From an uncultured Candidatus Saccharibacteria bacterium (lineage in GTDB: Bacteria; Patescibacteriota; JAQUNI01), in contig CAZKRD010000004.1 of assembly GCA_964555185.1 (NCBI GenBank), positions 755-64,754 on the forward strand: 64,000 nucleotides of DNA, written 5' to 3'. The notes under the pieces were generated by a model. That model worked only from the letters and a program-made list of their open reading frames with translations, was not told the DNA's origin and did no database searches. Positions 29,308 through 38,599 of this stretch are shown in pieces; positions within the stretch are counted from its first letter, which is position 1; each line of letters begins with the position of its first letter. The position numbers and the translations under genes were made by a program.

Positions 29308-30087
29308 ATGATTGATACCCATGGTCATTTGAATTTTGAAGCCTTTGTGGAGGATTATAGGGAGGTGATTGCCAGGTCAGAGCAAGGAGGGATCAAGGCG
29401 ATTGTCAATGTCGGCTCCCAGTTTGAGACAAGCGCTAAGGCTCTACGGATCGCGGAAGAGAGCAAAATCTGTTTTGCCAGCATTGGCGTGCACCCGATCC
29501 ATTCTTCAGGGGTTCAGGATCTAGGGAAAAAGGAAATTTTTACTAAACTTTCTAAATTAGCGGAAAATAAAAAAGTTGTCGCGATTGGGGAGACAGGCCT
29601 GGACTATTATCACCTACCCCCGGATTCTCCAGCAGAGGCGCGGCAAGAGCAAAAAGAATTATTTAGAATTCATCTGGAAGCAGCAGAAAAGAAAAAACTG
29701 CCAATTATTTTGCATTGCCGGAATGCTTACGAGGATTTATTGGAGATTCTTCCAAAGGGAACGAAGGGAGTAATCCATTGTTTTTGCGGGAGCAAGGAGA
29801 TCGCCCAAAAGTTTTTAAACCTTGGTTTTTACATCGGCTTTACGGGCATGATCACTTATCCGGGCAATCAGTTTTTAGAGGAGGCAGTAAAAGCAGTACC
29901 TTTAGAGAAAATTTTGGCGGAAACCGATTGTCCTTATCTCGCGCCGCAGGCAAAGCGGGGCGAGCGCAACGAGCCGCTGTTTGTGCGGTATGTGATTTTA
30001 AAGATCGCGGAGGTTTTGGGTTTGACCCTCCAACAGGTGGAGCAGGCGACAGATCAGAACGCGAGGAGGTTGTTTGAATTAAGATAG
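29308..30087 (+). CDS. tatD: TatD-family metal-dependent hydrolase/DNase
   Basis: MIDTHGHLNFEAF, HCR..Y and the overall TIM-barrel pattern. Confidence 0.8.
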   Translation: MIDTHGHLNFEAFVEDYREVIARSEQGGIKAIVNVGSQFETSAKALRIAEESKICFASIGVHPIHSSGVQDLGKKEIFTKLSKLAENKKVVAIGETGLDYYHLPPDSPAEARQEQKELFRIHLEAAEKKKLPIILHCRNAYEDLLEILPKGTKGVIHCFCGSKEIAQKFLNLGFYIGFTGMITYPGNQFLEEAVKAVPLEKILAETDCPYLAPQAKRGERNEPLFVRYVILKIAEVLGLTLQQVEQATDQNARRLFELR

Positions 30088-30093
30088 TCATTT

Positions 30094-30693
30094 ATGCAGA
30101 AGTCGCAACATCACCGAAGATCGATTAGGTTGCCGACGTATGATTATTCGCTACCGGGACATTATTTTGTGACGATTTGTTCTTATCAATGGCAGGAAAT
30201 ATTCGGGGAGATTGCTGTAGGGGCGACCCGTGGGTCGCCCGTGATGGCTTTGAATAAATACGGTGAAATTGTTCGTAATATTTGGCATACAATTCCGGAT
30301 CACCACCCCGTTGCTTTAGACGCGTTTCAAATGATGCCTAACCATATACATTTTATCATTCAACTATTGGGCAATCGTTCGGGCGGGTCACGACCCGCCC
30401 CTACGCTGGGTATTGTTGTCGGTCTATTTAAATCCGAATGCACAAAACAGATCAGACGGGCTATGGGCGATGCTAACAAAATTATTTGGCAGCGCAACTA
30501 TTACGAACACATCATCAAAACCGAAGAGTCCCTAAACCAAACCCGCGAATACATAGTTAAAAATCTAATCAGCTGGGAATTTGATTGCAACAATCCACTT
30601 AACATTTATGGAAAAATACAATCCTCAAAAAATCGAACCCAAGTGGCAAAAACAGTGGGAGAAGGAGGGCTTGAACCGGGCCCGGGATTTTAG
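30094..30693 (+). CDS. IS200/IS605-family Y1 HUH transposase of the REP-associated tyrosine transposase (RAYT)-like type. Its 3' end overlaps the leuS start
   Basis: HUH motif MPNHIHFIIQ and catalytic Tyr region IWQRNYYEHIIKTEESLNQTREYIVKN. Two REP palindromes lie inside the CDS at 30217-30240 and 30381-30404. Confidence 0.7.
   Translation: MQKSQHHRRSIRLPTYDYSLPGHYFVTICSYQWQEIFGEIAVGATRGSPVMALNKYGEIVRNIWHTIPDHHPVALDAFQMMPNHIHFIIQLLGNRSGGSRPAPTLGIVVGLFKSECTKQIRRAMGDANKIIWQRNYYEHIIKTEESLNQTREYIVKNLISWEFDCNNPLNIYGKIQSSKNRTQVAKTVGEGGLEPGPGF
30217..30240 (+). repeat. REP palindrome gtaggggcgacccgtgggtcgccc inside the RAYT gene, forward orientation
   Basis: 9-bp stem ggggcgacc/ggtcgcccc. Confidence 0.75.
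30381..30404 (+). repeat. REP palindrome gggcgggtcacgacccgcccctac inside the RAYT gene, inverted orientation. With 30217-30240 it forms a REPIN-like inverted pair
   Basis: Stem gcgggtc/gacccgc plus a cccctac tail. Confidence 0.7.
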
Positions 30694-33025
30694 CAAAAAA
30701 AAGAAGTTTTATTGTTTGGATATGTTCCCCTATCCTTCCGGAGCCGGTCTGCACGTTGGCCACCCCGAAGGGTATACGGCCACGGATGTTGTTTCGAGGT
30801 ATCATAGGATGAAAGGCGATAATGTCCTCCATCCGATCGGCTGGGACGCTTTTGGTCTGCCTGCTGAAAACTACGCGATTTCCCAAAAAGTTCATCCAGA
30901 CAAGAGCACGCACGATAACATCAAGCGTTTTAAGTCCCAGATCAAATCCTTGGGCTTTTCCTATGATTGGGAGCGGGAAATAGACACCTCGGATCCAGAG
31001 TATTATCGCTGGACCCAGTGGTTTTTTCTTTTCTTATACAAAAACGGCTGGGCTTACCGGGCCCGGGCGCCGGTGAATTGGTGTCAAAGCTGCCAGACGG
31101 TTTTAGCCAATGAACAAGTGGTAAACGGCAAGTGCGACCGCTGTGAGGGCGCGATCAGCCAGAAAAATTTGAAGCAGTGGTTTTTTAAGGTAACTGATTT
31201 TGCGGATGATTTAATTGCCGGTTTAGATAAAATCGATTGGCCCGAGTCAACCAAGCTGATGCAGAAGAATTGGATTGGCAAAAGCAAGGGCGCGATTATA
31301 AAATTTCAAATTACAAATGACAAATTACAAACAAATTCCAAATCCAACATTCCAAAAAATTACTTTTTAGAGGCTTTTACTACTCGTCCCGATACTATTT
31401 ATGGGACAACTTATATGGTCGTAGCGCCGGAACATAAGATAATTGAAGGATTAAAAGTTAAGATAAAAAATTATAGCGAGGTTTTAAAATATGTGAAGCA
31501 AGCGAAAGAAAAAAGTGATCTGGATCGAATTGATTTGACTAAAGAGAAAACTGGGGTGAAACTCGAGGGAATTTGGGCAATTAATCCGGTAAATAAGGAA
31601 AAAATTCCAATCTATATTGCTGATTATGTTTTAATTTCTTATGGCTTGGGCGCGATTATGGCTGTGCCAGCGCATGATCAGCGCGATTGGGAATTTGCGA
31701 AAAAATTTAATCTTCCGATCAGGCAAGTGATCCAGGGAGGAGATATTAAAAAGAAGGCTTATATTGGTGATGGCAAATTAATAAACTCAAAGATTATTGA
31801 TGGACTTAATGTGCAGGCGGCGATTACTAAAATTAGTTCTTGGCTTGAGCAGAAGGAACTAGGGGGAAAGATGACAAACTACAAGCTCCGCGATTGGCTG
31901 ATCTCGCGGCAGAGGTATTGGGGCGCGCCGATTCCGATTGTTTATTGCGAGCAGTGCGGCGAGGTGCCGGCAGCAGAGCGCGATTTACCAATAAAATTGC
32001 CAAAGGATGTTGACTTTATGCCAACCGGCGAATCACCGCTTCACGGGTCCCGCGAATTTCACAAGGTAGAGTGCCCAAAGTGCGGGAGACGAGCGCGCAG
32101 AGAATCAGACACGATGGATACTTTTGTCTGCTCTTCTTGGTACTTTTTCCGCTACTGCGATCCGAGAAACAGCAAGGAATTTGCCTCCAAGAAATTATTA
32201 AAATACTGGCTGCCGGTTGATCTTTATGTGGGCGGAGCAGAACATACGGTTTTGCACTTGATGTACTCCCGTTTTTTCACCAGAGCTTTATATAGGAAGG
32301 GCTTGATTGATTTTGATGAACCTTTTTTGAAATTACGGCATCAGGGCATGGTTTTAGCTCCTGACGGCCGCAAGATGAGCAAGTCTTTGGGCAATGTCGT
32401 CAATCCTGATGACGTGATTTCAAAATACGGCGCGGATACAATGCGGCTTTATGAGATGTTTATGGGGCCCTTTGCGGATAGTATTCCTTGGAGCACAAAG
32501 GGAGTGATCGGCATGCGTCGGTTTTTAGAAAAGGTTTGGAAGATAAGGTCAAAGATTAAACCTCAAAGTCAAAAATTAGAGAAGTTGGTGCATCAGACTA
32601 TCAAGAAGGTCAGTGAGGATATTGAGAATTTTAAATTCAACACCGCGGTTTCGGCTTTGATGATCTTGGTCAAGGCAATGAAAAAAGAGGTTCAAAAAGA
32701 ACACTTTGAGGCACTTTTGCTTCTACTTTCTCCTTTTGCCCCGCATCTTTCGGAAGAGCTGTGGCAAGGTTTAGGAAATAAAGAAAGTATATTTAGGCAA
32801 AACTGGCCCAAGTACGATCCAGATCGGGTCTGGGAACAAGAAATCGAACTTGTGATCCAAGTCAATGGCAAGGTGCGGGCGCGGGTTGAAGCGCCGGCTG
32901 ATATTTCTCGAGATAAAGCTAAGAAGCTTGCCCTTGCGCAAGACAATGTCAAGAAATGGGTAGGGGATAAAAAGATTAAACGTCTTGTTTTTATCCAAGG
33001 CAGGTTAGTCAATATCGTGGTTTGA
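30608..33025 (+). CDS. leuS: Leucine--tRNA ligase. The ATG at 30608 is preferred over the ORF-track TTG at 30581. Carries one in-frame AT-rich insert
   Basis: HVGHPEGY (HIGH-type), KMSKSLGN, TTRPDT and the editing domain. Confidence 0.9.
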   Translation: MEKYNPQKIEPKWQKQWEKEGLNRARDFSKKKKFYCLDMFPYPSGAGLHVGHPEGYTATDVVSRYHRMKGDNVLHPIGWDAFGLPAENYAISQKVHPDKSTHDNIKRFKSQIKSLGFSYDWEREIDTSDPEYYRWTQWFFLFLYKNGWAYRARAPVNWCQSCQTVLANEQVVNGKCDRCEGAISQKNLKQWFFKVTDFADDLIAGLDKIDWPESTKLMQKNWIGKSKGAIIKFQITNDKLQTNSKSNIPKNYFLEAFTTRPDTIYGTTYMVVAPEHKIIEGLKVKIKNYSEVLKYVKQAKEKSDLDRIDLTKEKTGVKLEGIWAINPVNKEKIPIYIADYVLISYGLGAIMAVPAHDQRDWEFAKKFNLPIRQVIQGGDIKKKAYIGDGKLINSKIIDGLNVQAAITKISSWLEQKELGGKMTNYKLRDWLISRQRYWGAPIPIVYCEQCGEVPAAERDLPIKLPKDVDFMPTGESPLHGSREFHKVECPKCGRRARRESDTMDTFVCSSWYFFRYCDPRNSKEFASKKLLKYWLPVDLYVGGAEHTVLHLMYSRFFTRALYRKGLIDFDEPFLKLRHQGMVLAPDGRKMSKSLGNVVNPDDVISKYGADTMRLYEMFMGPFADSIPWSTKGVIGMRRFLEKVWKIRSKIKPQSQKLEKLVHQTIKKVSEDIENFKFNTAVSALMILVKAMKKEVQKEHFEALLLLLSPFAPHLSEELWQGLGNKESIFRQNWPKYDPDRVWEQEIELVIQVNGKVRARVEAPADISRDKAKKLALAQDNVKKWVGDKKIKRLVFIQGRLVNIVV
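31300..31368 (+). repeat. In-frame AT-rich repeat inside leuS (aaatttcaaattacaaatgacaaattacaaacaaattccaaatccaacattccaaaaaattac)
   Basis: Same caaattacaaa modules as ileS 15670-15700. It lies just before the conserved TTRPDT block. Confidence 0.55.
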
Positions 33026-33056
33026 ATTTTTCAACAATTAAACAAAAAACAAAAAA

Positions 33057-33503
33057 ATGAAACAAGCAAACAACAGGGTGACGAAAGGTTTTGCAGCGGT
33101 CCTTGCGGTTATCATTGTCGTATTGGTTCTGGCGGCAGGGGGCGGGGTCTTTTATTATTTCCAAAAGAATCAGTCAGCGGGAGATGTCGTAACCAGCAAT
33201 GATCTTTTAGAGGTGAGTTCTCCTGTTCCTGGCCAGAAGATCAGAAGTCCGGTTTTGGTTTCGGGCAAGTCCAATTTTTTTGAGGCCCACACCCGGATTC
33301 GGATTACCGATGATAACGGTCAGATCCTCGCCGACACTTTTACCACGGCAGAGGGGTGGATGGATCAGCTCTATCCTTTTTCCAAGGAGGTTTCTTATGG
33401 AAATCCATCAGCTAAAAAAGGTATTGTCGAGGTTTTTGCAGAGTCAGCCAAAGACGGAAGCGAAATCAGCAAGATCACGATTCCGGTAGTTTTTCAGGAT
33501 TAG
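33057..33503 (+). CDS. Membrane-anchored Gmad2-like immunoglobulin-fold protein
   Basis: N-terminal TM helix. SPVPGQKIRSPVLVSGKSNFFEAHTRIRITDDNGQILAD resembles the Gmad2 family. Confidence 0.45.
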   Translation: MKQANNRVTKGFAAVLAVIIVVLVLAAGGGVFYYFQKNQSAGDVVTSNDLLEVSSPVPGQKIRSPVLVSGKSNFFEAHTRIRITDDNGQILADTFTTAEGWMDQLYPFSKEVSYGNPSAKKGIVEVFAESAKDGSEISKITIPVVFQD

Positions 33504-33657
33504 ATGAGATTTTTTTAGATTTCATTCAGAATGAAAACCTGTGGATAAGTTCCGCAGGTTTTTAGGCTGTGTAGGTTTTTTTCTGACAAGAGATATATGA
33601 TTTTTCATTTATTTTAAGCCGAAAAATCAAACAATTGAAATTTTTGCAGAAAAAAAC

Positions 33658-33692
33658 TTGACAAGATTTCTAGAAGGTTTATAATGTAGAAG
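33658..33692 (+). promoter_or_regulatory. Sigma70-like promoter TTGACA-17-ATAATG/TATAAT for the TrmB-like gene
   Basis: cttgacaagatttctagaaggtttataatgtag. Confidence 0.5.
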
Positions 33693-33704
33693 TATTTTCA
33701 AATT

Positions 33705-34493
33705 ATGCTGATTACGACTTTAGAACAATTAGGGCTTTCGGAAAAGCAGGCCAAGACTTATCTGGCTTGTCTTAGATTAGGCCCGGCGCCTGTCCGCAGG
33801 ATCGCGGAAGAGACCAATTTGAATCGGGGCACGTGTTATGACACCCTGAAGGGATTAATGGAGAAGGGTTTGGTCAGTTACTATCATCAAGATAAACATA
33901 AATATTTTGTGGCCGAGGATCCGGGGAAACTAAAAGAGCTGATTAGATCCCGGGAGCGGGAGCTCAAAGAAGCAGGGCAGAGGGTTGCTAAAATTATTCC
34001 AGAATTAAAATCAATTTATGATAATGCCGAAGACAAGCCGGTAGTGAAATATTATGAGGGTCTTCCCGGGATCAAAACAGTCTTGAAGGATTTGCTGCAT
34101 TCTTTTGAGGGAGCGAAAAAGAAAGGATATTTTGTTTATTCGGCTGCTGACATCCGGGATTATTTATACCGAGCTTACCCCGAGTTTACTGGAGAGAGGA
34201 TCCGGGCAAAGATTCGGGTCAAGGTGATCGCGATTGGTTCGGGCGGGCGGCTCTGCGGTCTGGACGAACGCAAGTGGCTGTCTCGGGCCAAGAGCTCGCC
34301 TACTTATATTTTGGTTTATCAAAACAAAACAGCTTTGATTTCAGTTGATAAAAACAAAATCTCTCACGGAGTGATTATTGAAGACGAGGGAATTTATTAC
34401 ACCCAAATTCTTTTGTTTGAGAAAATGTGGAAGTCTTTGGAGCTAGCAAAGAGAGTGAAGGGTCGCGGGTGCGGGAGGTGCAAAGAAGATTAA
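33705..34493 (+). CDS. TrmB-family HTH transcriptional regulator
   Basis: N-terminal winged-helix LSEKQAKTYLACLRLGPAPVRRIAEETNLNRGTCYDTLKGLMEKGLV. Confidence 0.6.
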   Translation: MLITTLEQLGLSEKQAKTYLACLRLGPAPVRRIAEETNLNRGTCYDTLKGLMEKGLVSYYHQDKHKYFVAEDPGKLKELIRSRERELKEAGQRVAKIIPELKSIYDNAEDKPVVKYYEGLPGIKTVLKDLLHSFEGAKKKGYFVYSAADIRDYLYRAYPEFTGERIRAKIRVKVIAIGSGGRLCGLDERKWLSRAKSSPTYILVYQNKTALISVDKNKISHGVIIEDEGIYYTQILLFEKMWKSLELAKRVKGRGCGRCKED

Positions 34494-34543
34494 TTTTAAA
34501 ATAAGAGCGGCTTTTTTAAAAACAGATTTTTTGGGATAAAACC

Positions 34544-34578
34544 TGGGGTCCCCGAAAAATCGAAGATTTTATGGGGTA
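34544..34578 (+). promoter_or_regulatory. 35-nt double-dyad motif tggggtccccgaaaaatcgaagattttatggggta upstream of glmS. Copy 2 is at 54811-54845
   Basis: 33/35 identity between the two copies. Contains the ggggtcccc palindrome and the aaaatc-gaa-gatttt inverted repeat. Confidence 0.5.
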
Positions 34579-34670
34579 TCTAAAAAGACTAACCCATCGC
34601 GATTTGGTCGGTCCGATAGGTTAGTCTTCCTTGATCGTATAATAAAGCGGCTCTCTCGTCAATTTTTTCT

Positions 34671-36440
34671 ATGTGCGGAATTATTGCCTATTGGGGAAGA
34701 CAAGAGGCGGCCAAAGTGATTTGGGAGGGCTTGCGCAGTCTTGAGTACCGCGGTTATGACTCTTGGGGGATTGCGATTTTTAAAAACAAAAGGATTGGGC
34801 TTTGCAAGAGGATAGGCAAGATCAGCAGAGCGCGGCTGCCCCGGTTTGCTTTGAAGCAAGCAAGGGTCGGCTTGGGGCACACCCGTTGGGCCACGCACGG
34901 CAGGGTGACCAAGGCCAATACCCATCCCCATTTATCGCAATCCGGGCAAGTGGTCGTGGTTCATAACGGGATCGTGGAGAATTTTAGTTCTTTAAAAACA
35001 GAATTGAAGAGCAAGGGTTATCAGTTTCAAAGCGAAACAGATACAGAGATTATTGCCAATCTTTTTGATTATTATCTTAACAAAAATTCTTTGGAGCGGG
35101 CGGCGCGGAAGGTTTTCGGGAGACTCAAGGGCAGGAACGCGGTAGTCTGTTATCATCGCAAGACAGAGACCCTGGTTGGTTTCAAATCCGGCTCACCCCT
35201 TATTTTCGGTTTGAAGGATAAAAAAGAGATTTTCTTTGCTTCGGACCAAACCGCTCTTTTGCAAGATAAGCCCCAGGTCAGACATCTTCAAGACGGCGAG
35301 ATGGTTTTGGCCCGGCCCGAAGAGTTTGTTTTTTACAAGATGGGGACCAATCAGAAATTAGCGCCGCGTTTTAGGCGATTAACAGGCGAAAAGGAAAGAG
35401 TGAGTAAACGAGGCTATGCTCATTTTATGCTTAAAGAGATCTGTGAACAGCCGCGGAGCATTATGCGAGCGCTTGCTCAATCCGAAGAAGATTTGAAGAG
35501 GGTGAGCAGAGCAGTCAGGAAGGCGAGAAGAGTGTTTTTGACCGGGGTCGGGACAGCAGGGCAGGTCTGTAATTTTGTCCGGTATTTTTTCGCTAATTTC
35601 CTAGCCCGCGAATTCGACTTTATCTTGGGCTCGGAACTTGTTCACTTTACTTCTCTACTCAAACAAGGAGACTTATTGATTGCTGTTTCTCAAAGCGGGG
35701 AAACCGCGGACACGATTGGGGCGATTGAACTTGCCAAAGAGAAGGGTCTCAAAATAGTTTCTGTGATTAATGTTCAACATTCCACTATTGATCGCCTTGC
35801 TGATTACAGTTTATTAATTCGGGCAGGCGTCGAAAAAGCGGTTGCCTCGACCAAGGCCGCGACCGGGCAAATCGCGGTTTTGGCGCTCTTGGCCTTTACC
35901 CTTTGGGGAAGACTCTCTGAAGGCAAGAGGATTTTGGAGAAATTAGCAACAGAAAGCGAACGGATTTTAAGTTACTCTTATCGGTTAAAAGTGAGAAAGC
36001 TGGCGGCGCTCCTGACAACCAAGAAAGATATTTATATTATTGGACGAGGATTAAATTATCCGATTGCCCGCGAGGCGGCAATCAAACTGCAGGAGGTGAC
36101 TTATATTCACGCCGAGGGATTTCCCGGCGGCGAGTTAAAACACGGCCCGCTCGCCTTAATCGAGAAGGGGACACCGGTTGTTGTTTTGGTGGACAGCGAG
36201 ACGCGAGAGGAGATTTTGAGTAATGCCCAGGAAGTGAAGGCCCGGGGCGGCTTGCTTTTAGGGATCGGGCCGGGGAAAGAGGAAGGTTTTGATTTTTGGC
36301 TCCCGACCGCTAACCTCGGGCTTTTGCAGGGAATGCTGAATCTGTTTCCGGTCCAGCTTTTGGCCTATTATTTAGCTGTCGCTCGAGGGATTGATCCGGA
36401 TATGCCGCGGAATTTAGCCAAGGCCGTAACCGTGAAATAG
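34671..36440 (+). CDS. glmS: Glutamine--fructose-6-phosphate aminotransferase
   Basis: N-terminal MCGI nucleophile and two SIS domains. Confidence 0.9.
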   Translation: MCGIIAYWGRQEAAKVIWEGLRSLEYRGYDSWGIAIFKNKRIGLCKRIGKISRARLPRFALKQARVGLGHTRWATHGRVTKANTHPHLSQSGQVVVVHNGIVENFSSLKTELKSKGYQFQSETDTEIIANLFDYYLNKNSLERAARKVFGRLKGRNAVVCYHRKTETLVGFKSGSPLIFGLKDKKEIFFASDQTALLQDKPQVRHLQDGEMVLARPEEFVFYKMGTNQKLAPRFRRLTGEKERVSKRGYAHFMLKEICEQPRSIMRALAQSEEDLKRVSRAVRKARRVFLTGVGTAGQVCNFVRYFFANFLAREFDFILGSELVHFTSLLKQGDLLIAVSQSGETADTIGAIELAKEKGLKIVSVINVQHSTIDRLADYSLLIRAGVEKAVASTKAATGQIAVLALLAFTLWGRLSEGKRILEKLATESERILSYSYRLKVRKLAALLTTKKDIYIIGRGLNYPIAREAAIKLQEVTYIHAEGFPGGELKHGPLALIEKGTPVVVLVDSETREEILSNAQEVKARGGLLLGIGPGKEEGFDFWLPTANLGLLQGMLNLFPVQLLAYYLAVARGIDPDMPRNLAKAVTVK

Positions 36441-36453
36441 GAATTAATCTTTA

Positions 36454-37533
36454 GTGATTTTTATGCGCGTTATTTACTTTGACGACGATAAAGTAAAACA
36501 GTTGTCCCCGGTAACCTTAACCCGGAGAGCAAGTCAAATCAGTTGTGGAAGCTACACGCTGGAGCGGCTTGTTACTGAAATTTTTAAACCCAGCTCTTTC
36601 TCTTATCGTAAAGCTAAGATGGATTCCGGCTGGAAATTTGTTAATAATGCTTTATACTTAAATAGCCGCACCCTCCCTTGGGTCCGCTCTCTTTTAAAAT
36701 TAAAAAAGGCCCTGGAGTACGGAGGAAAAGAAGGCGATTTGTTCCTGCTTTCTTATCCTTGGCAAATAGTTTTAGAGAGCAACCGCATTTTGGGCGATAA
36801 TCTTACTTACAGGATGTGCGAGTTTACGAGGCACGCAAACGGGGTTTATTTGGGCGATAATGTTGAGTTGCACAAGAGCGCGATTTGCGATTTGACAAAA
36901 GGACCGATCATTTTGGATCGTGGTGTCAAGGTTTCTCCCTTTGTGGTCTTGCGCGGTCCTCTCTACGTGGGCCCAGAAACCAAGATTCGTGACTTTACTT
37001 CGCTTGCTCATTCCAGCATCGGCAAGGTCTGCAAGCTGGCTGGCGAGATTGAAGAGAGTGTGATTTCCGGCTACACTAACAAACAGCACTATGGTTTTGT
37101 CGGCCATAGTTATATTGGCTCTTGGGTCAATTTAGGGGCAGGCACTACTTTTTCCGATTTAAAGAATACTTATGGCGAGATTAAGGTGAATTTTTTGGGC
37201 AAGAGACGGGGGATTGGGACCCAGTTCTTTGGCGCGGTCGTGGGTGATTATGTTAAGACGGCAATCAATACTTCTGTAAGCTCTGGGAGATTGATTGGTC
37301 CGAATAGCTTTTTGTACGGCCTGGTTAGCGAGGATGTCCCGCCTTTTGTCAATTATTTTCAAGGCAGGATGGTGGAGTTTTATTTAGAGGAAGCATACAA
37401 GGTGCAGAAGAGGATGTTTTTGCGGCGCGGCCGCAAGGCCAGAGCTCGAGATCGCCTTATTTTGCGGCAGGCTTTTTTAAAAAGTAAAGCGGAGCGTGAG
37501 GGGAGGGTGGAGAGAAAGGAGTTTAGTTTGTGA
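36454..37533 (+). CDS. Left-handed beta-helix (hexapeptide-repeat) protein, possibly a sugar-nucleotidyltransferase-associated protein
   Basis: Hexapeptide periodicity in ..VYLGDNVELHKSAICD..GPIILDRGVKVSPFVVLRGPLYVG. Confidence 0.5.
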   Translation: MIFMRVIYFDDDKVKQLSPVTLTRRASQISCGSYTLERLVTEIFKPSSFSYRKAKMDSGWKFVNNALYLNSRTLPWVRSLLKLKKALEYGGKEGDLFLLSYPWQIVLESNRILGDNLTYRMCEFTRHANGVYLGDNVELHKSAICDLTKGPIILDRGVKVSPFVVLRGPLYVGPETKIRDFTSLAHSSIGKVCKLAGEIEESVISGYTNKQHYGFVGHSYIGSWVNLGAGTTFSDLKNTYGEIKVNFLGKRRGIGTQFFGAVVGDYVKTAINTSVSSGRLIGPNSFLYGLVSEDVPPFVNYFQGRMVEFYLEEAYKVQKRMFLRRGRKARARDRLILRQAFLKSKAEREGRVERKEFSL

Positions 37534-37564
37534 CTATTATTATATTTATTAAAATATAATTGTT

Positions 37565-38569
37565 ATGGCTAAAAGAAAAAAACCAAATATTGTCTGCCTT
37601 GGGGCAGGCACAGGGCAAGCTACGGTCTTGCGCGGCTTGAGAAAATATGACTGTAATTTGACCGGCATTGTCGGCGGGACGGACAATGGCGGTTCTTCAG
37701 GCGTCCTTCGCCAGGAGATGGGGATTCCCCAGCCAGGAGACACCAGGAATTGCCTTGAGAATGTTTCGGATCCAAATCATATCTTGACTAAGATTTTTGC
37801 TTATCGGTTTACCGAAGGATCATTTAAAGGGGTGAGCTTGGGGAATCTGATTTTAGCGGCCTTGACTCGGATCACCGGGGATTTCGGCGAAGCGGTAATG
37901 GCAGCCAATTCGCTTTTGAAGACCAGGGTTAGGATTTATCCAGTCAGCGCGACTAGCACCCACATTGCTTGTGAATTAAAGAATGGTAAAAAAATCCGCG
38001 GAGAATGGGAGATTATTCTCCGTAAAGACCCAAGTTCGATCAAGAGAATTTTTTTAACCAAAAAATCCGAGGCCTTTCCACCTGTGCTCACCGCTCTTTC
38101 AAAAGCCAACCTGATTATTATTGGTCCAGGATCTTTGTTTACGGGCGTTTTACCCCATTTTTTGGTCAAAGGACTGCCAGAAGCAATTAAGGCCTCGCCC
38201 GCTAAGAGGGTCTATATCTGCAATATGATGACCCAGCCCGGTCAGACCATGAACTTTAAGGTTTCAGATCATATCAAGCAGGTGAAGAAATATTTGGGCC
38301 AGAATCCTGACTGGGTTGTCGTGAACAGCGGCAAGATCAGCCAGGAGATTTTAGAGCACTACAAAAATTTTAACTCGGCCCCAGTTAAGGTGGATAAGGT
38401 GCGAGGGGTGAAGACGATCGCGAGAGCTTTGGCCCTAAACCAGGTAGGCGAGGCAGTGCACAGGGAGAACGTACGGATGCGGCATTTTCGCGTCTGGCGG
38501 GAATGGACCCATCTTCTGCGGCATGATTCGGATAAGTTAGCGAAGATTTTGATTGGATTGGTGAAGTAA
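37565..38569 (+). CDS. YvcK/CofD-family (UPF0052) gluconeogenesis-factor-like protein
   Basis: CLGAGTGQATVLRGL and GGTDNGGSSGVLRQEMG..PGDTRNCL. Confidence 0.8.
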   Translation: MAKRKKPNIVCLGAGTGQATVLRGLRKYDCNLTGIVGGTDNGGSSGVLRQEMGIPQPGDTRNCLENVSDPNHILTKIFAYRFTEGSFKGVSLGNLILAALTRITGDFGEAVMAANSLLKTRVRIYPVSATSTHIACELKNGKKIRGEWEIILRKDPSSIKRIFLTKKSEAFPPVLTALSKANLIIIGPGSLFTGVLPHFLVKGLPEAIKASPAKRVYICNMMTQPGQTMNFKVSDHIKQVKKYLGQNPDWVVVNSGKISQEILEHYKNFNSAPVKVDKVRGVKTIARALALNQVGEAVHRENVRMRHFRVWREWTHLLRHDSDKLAKILIGLVK

Positions 38570-38599
38570 CAGAGGCAATAGATTTATCCGTTTTTATTT

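Noticed and set aside
30581-30607. leuS start at TTG 30581 (ORF track)
   Set aside because: The ATG at 30608 gives the canonical LeuRS N-terminus (MEKYNPQKIEPKWQ). The extension merely overlaps the RAYT 3' end.
34500-34670. glmS ribozyme/riboswitch upstream of glmS
   Set aside because: I could not find the conserved glmS ribozyme core (P2.1/P2.2 pseudoknot sequences). The region instead carries the 35-nt dyad motif and a simple hairpin. It is left as unproven rather than called.
34659-34931. 90-aa minus-strand ORF overlapping the glmS start
   Set aside because: Antisense to the highly conserved glmS N-terminus. Spurious.
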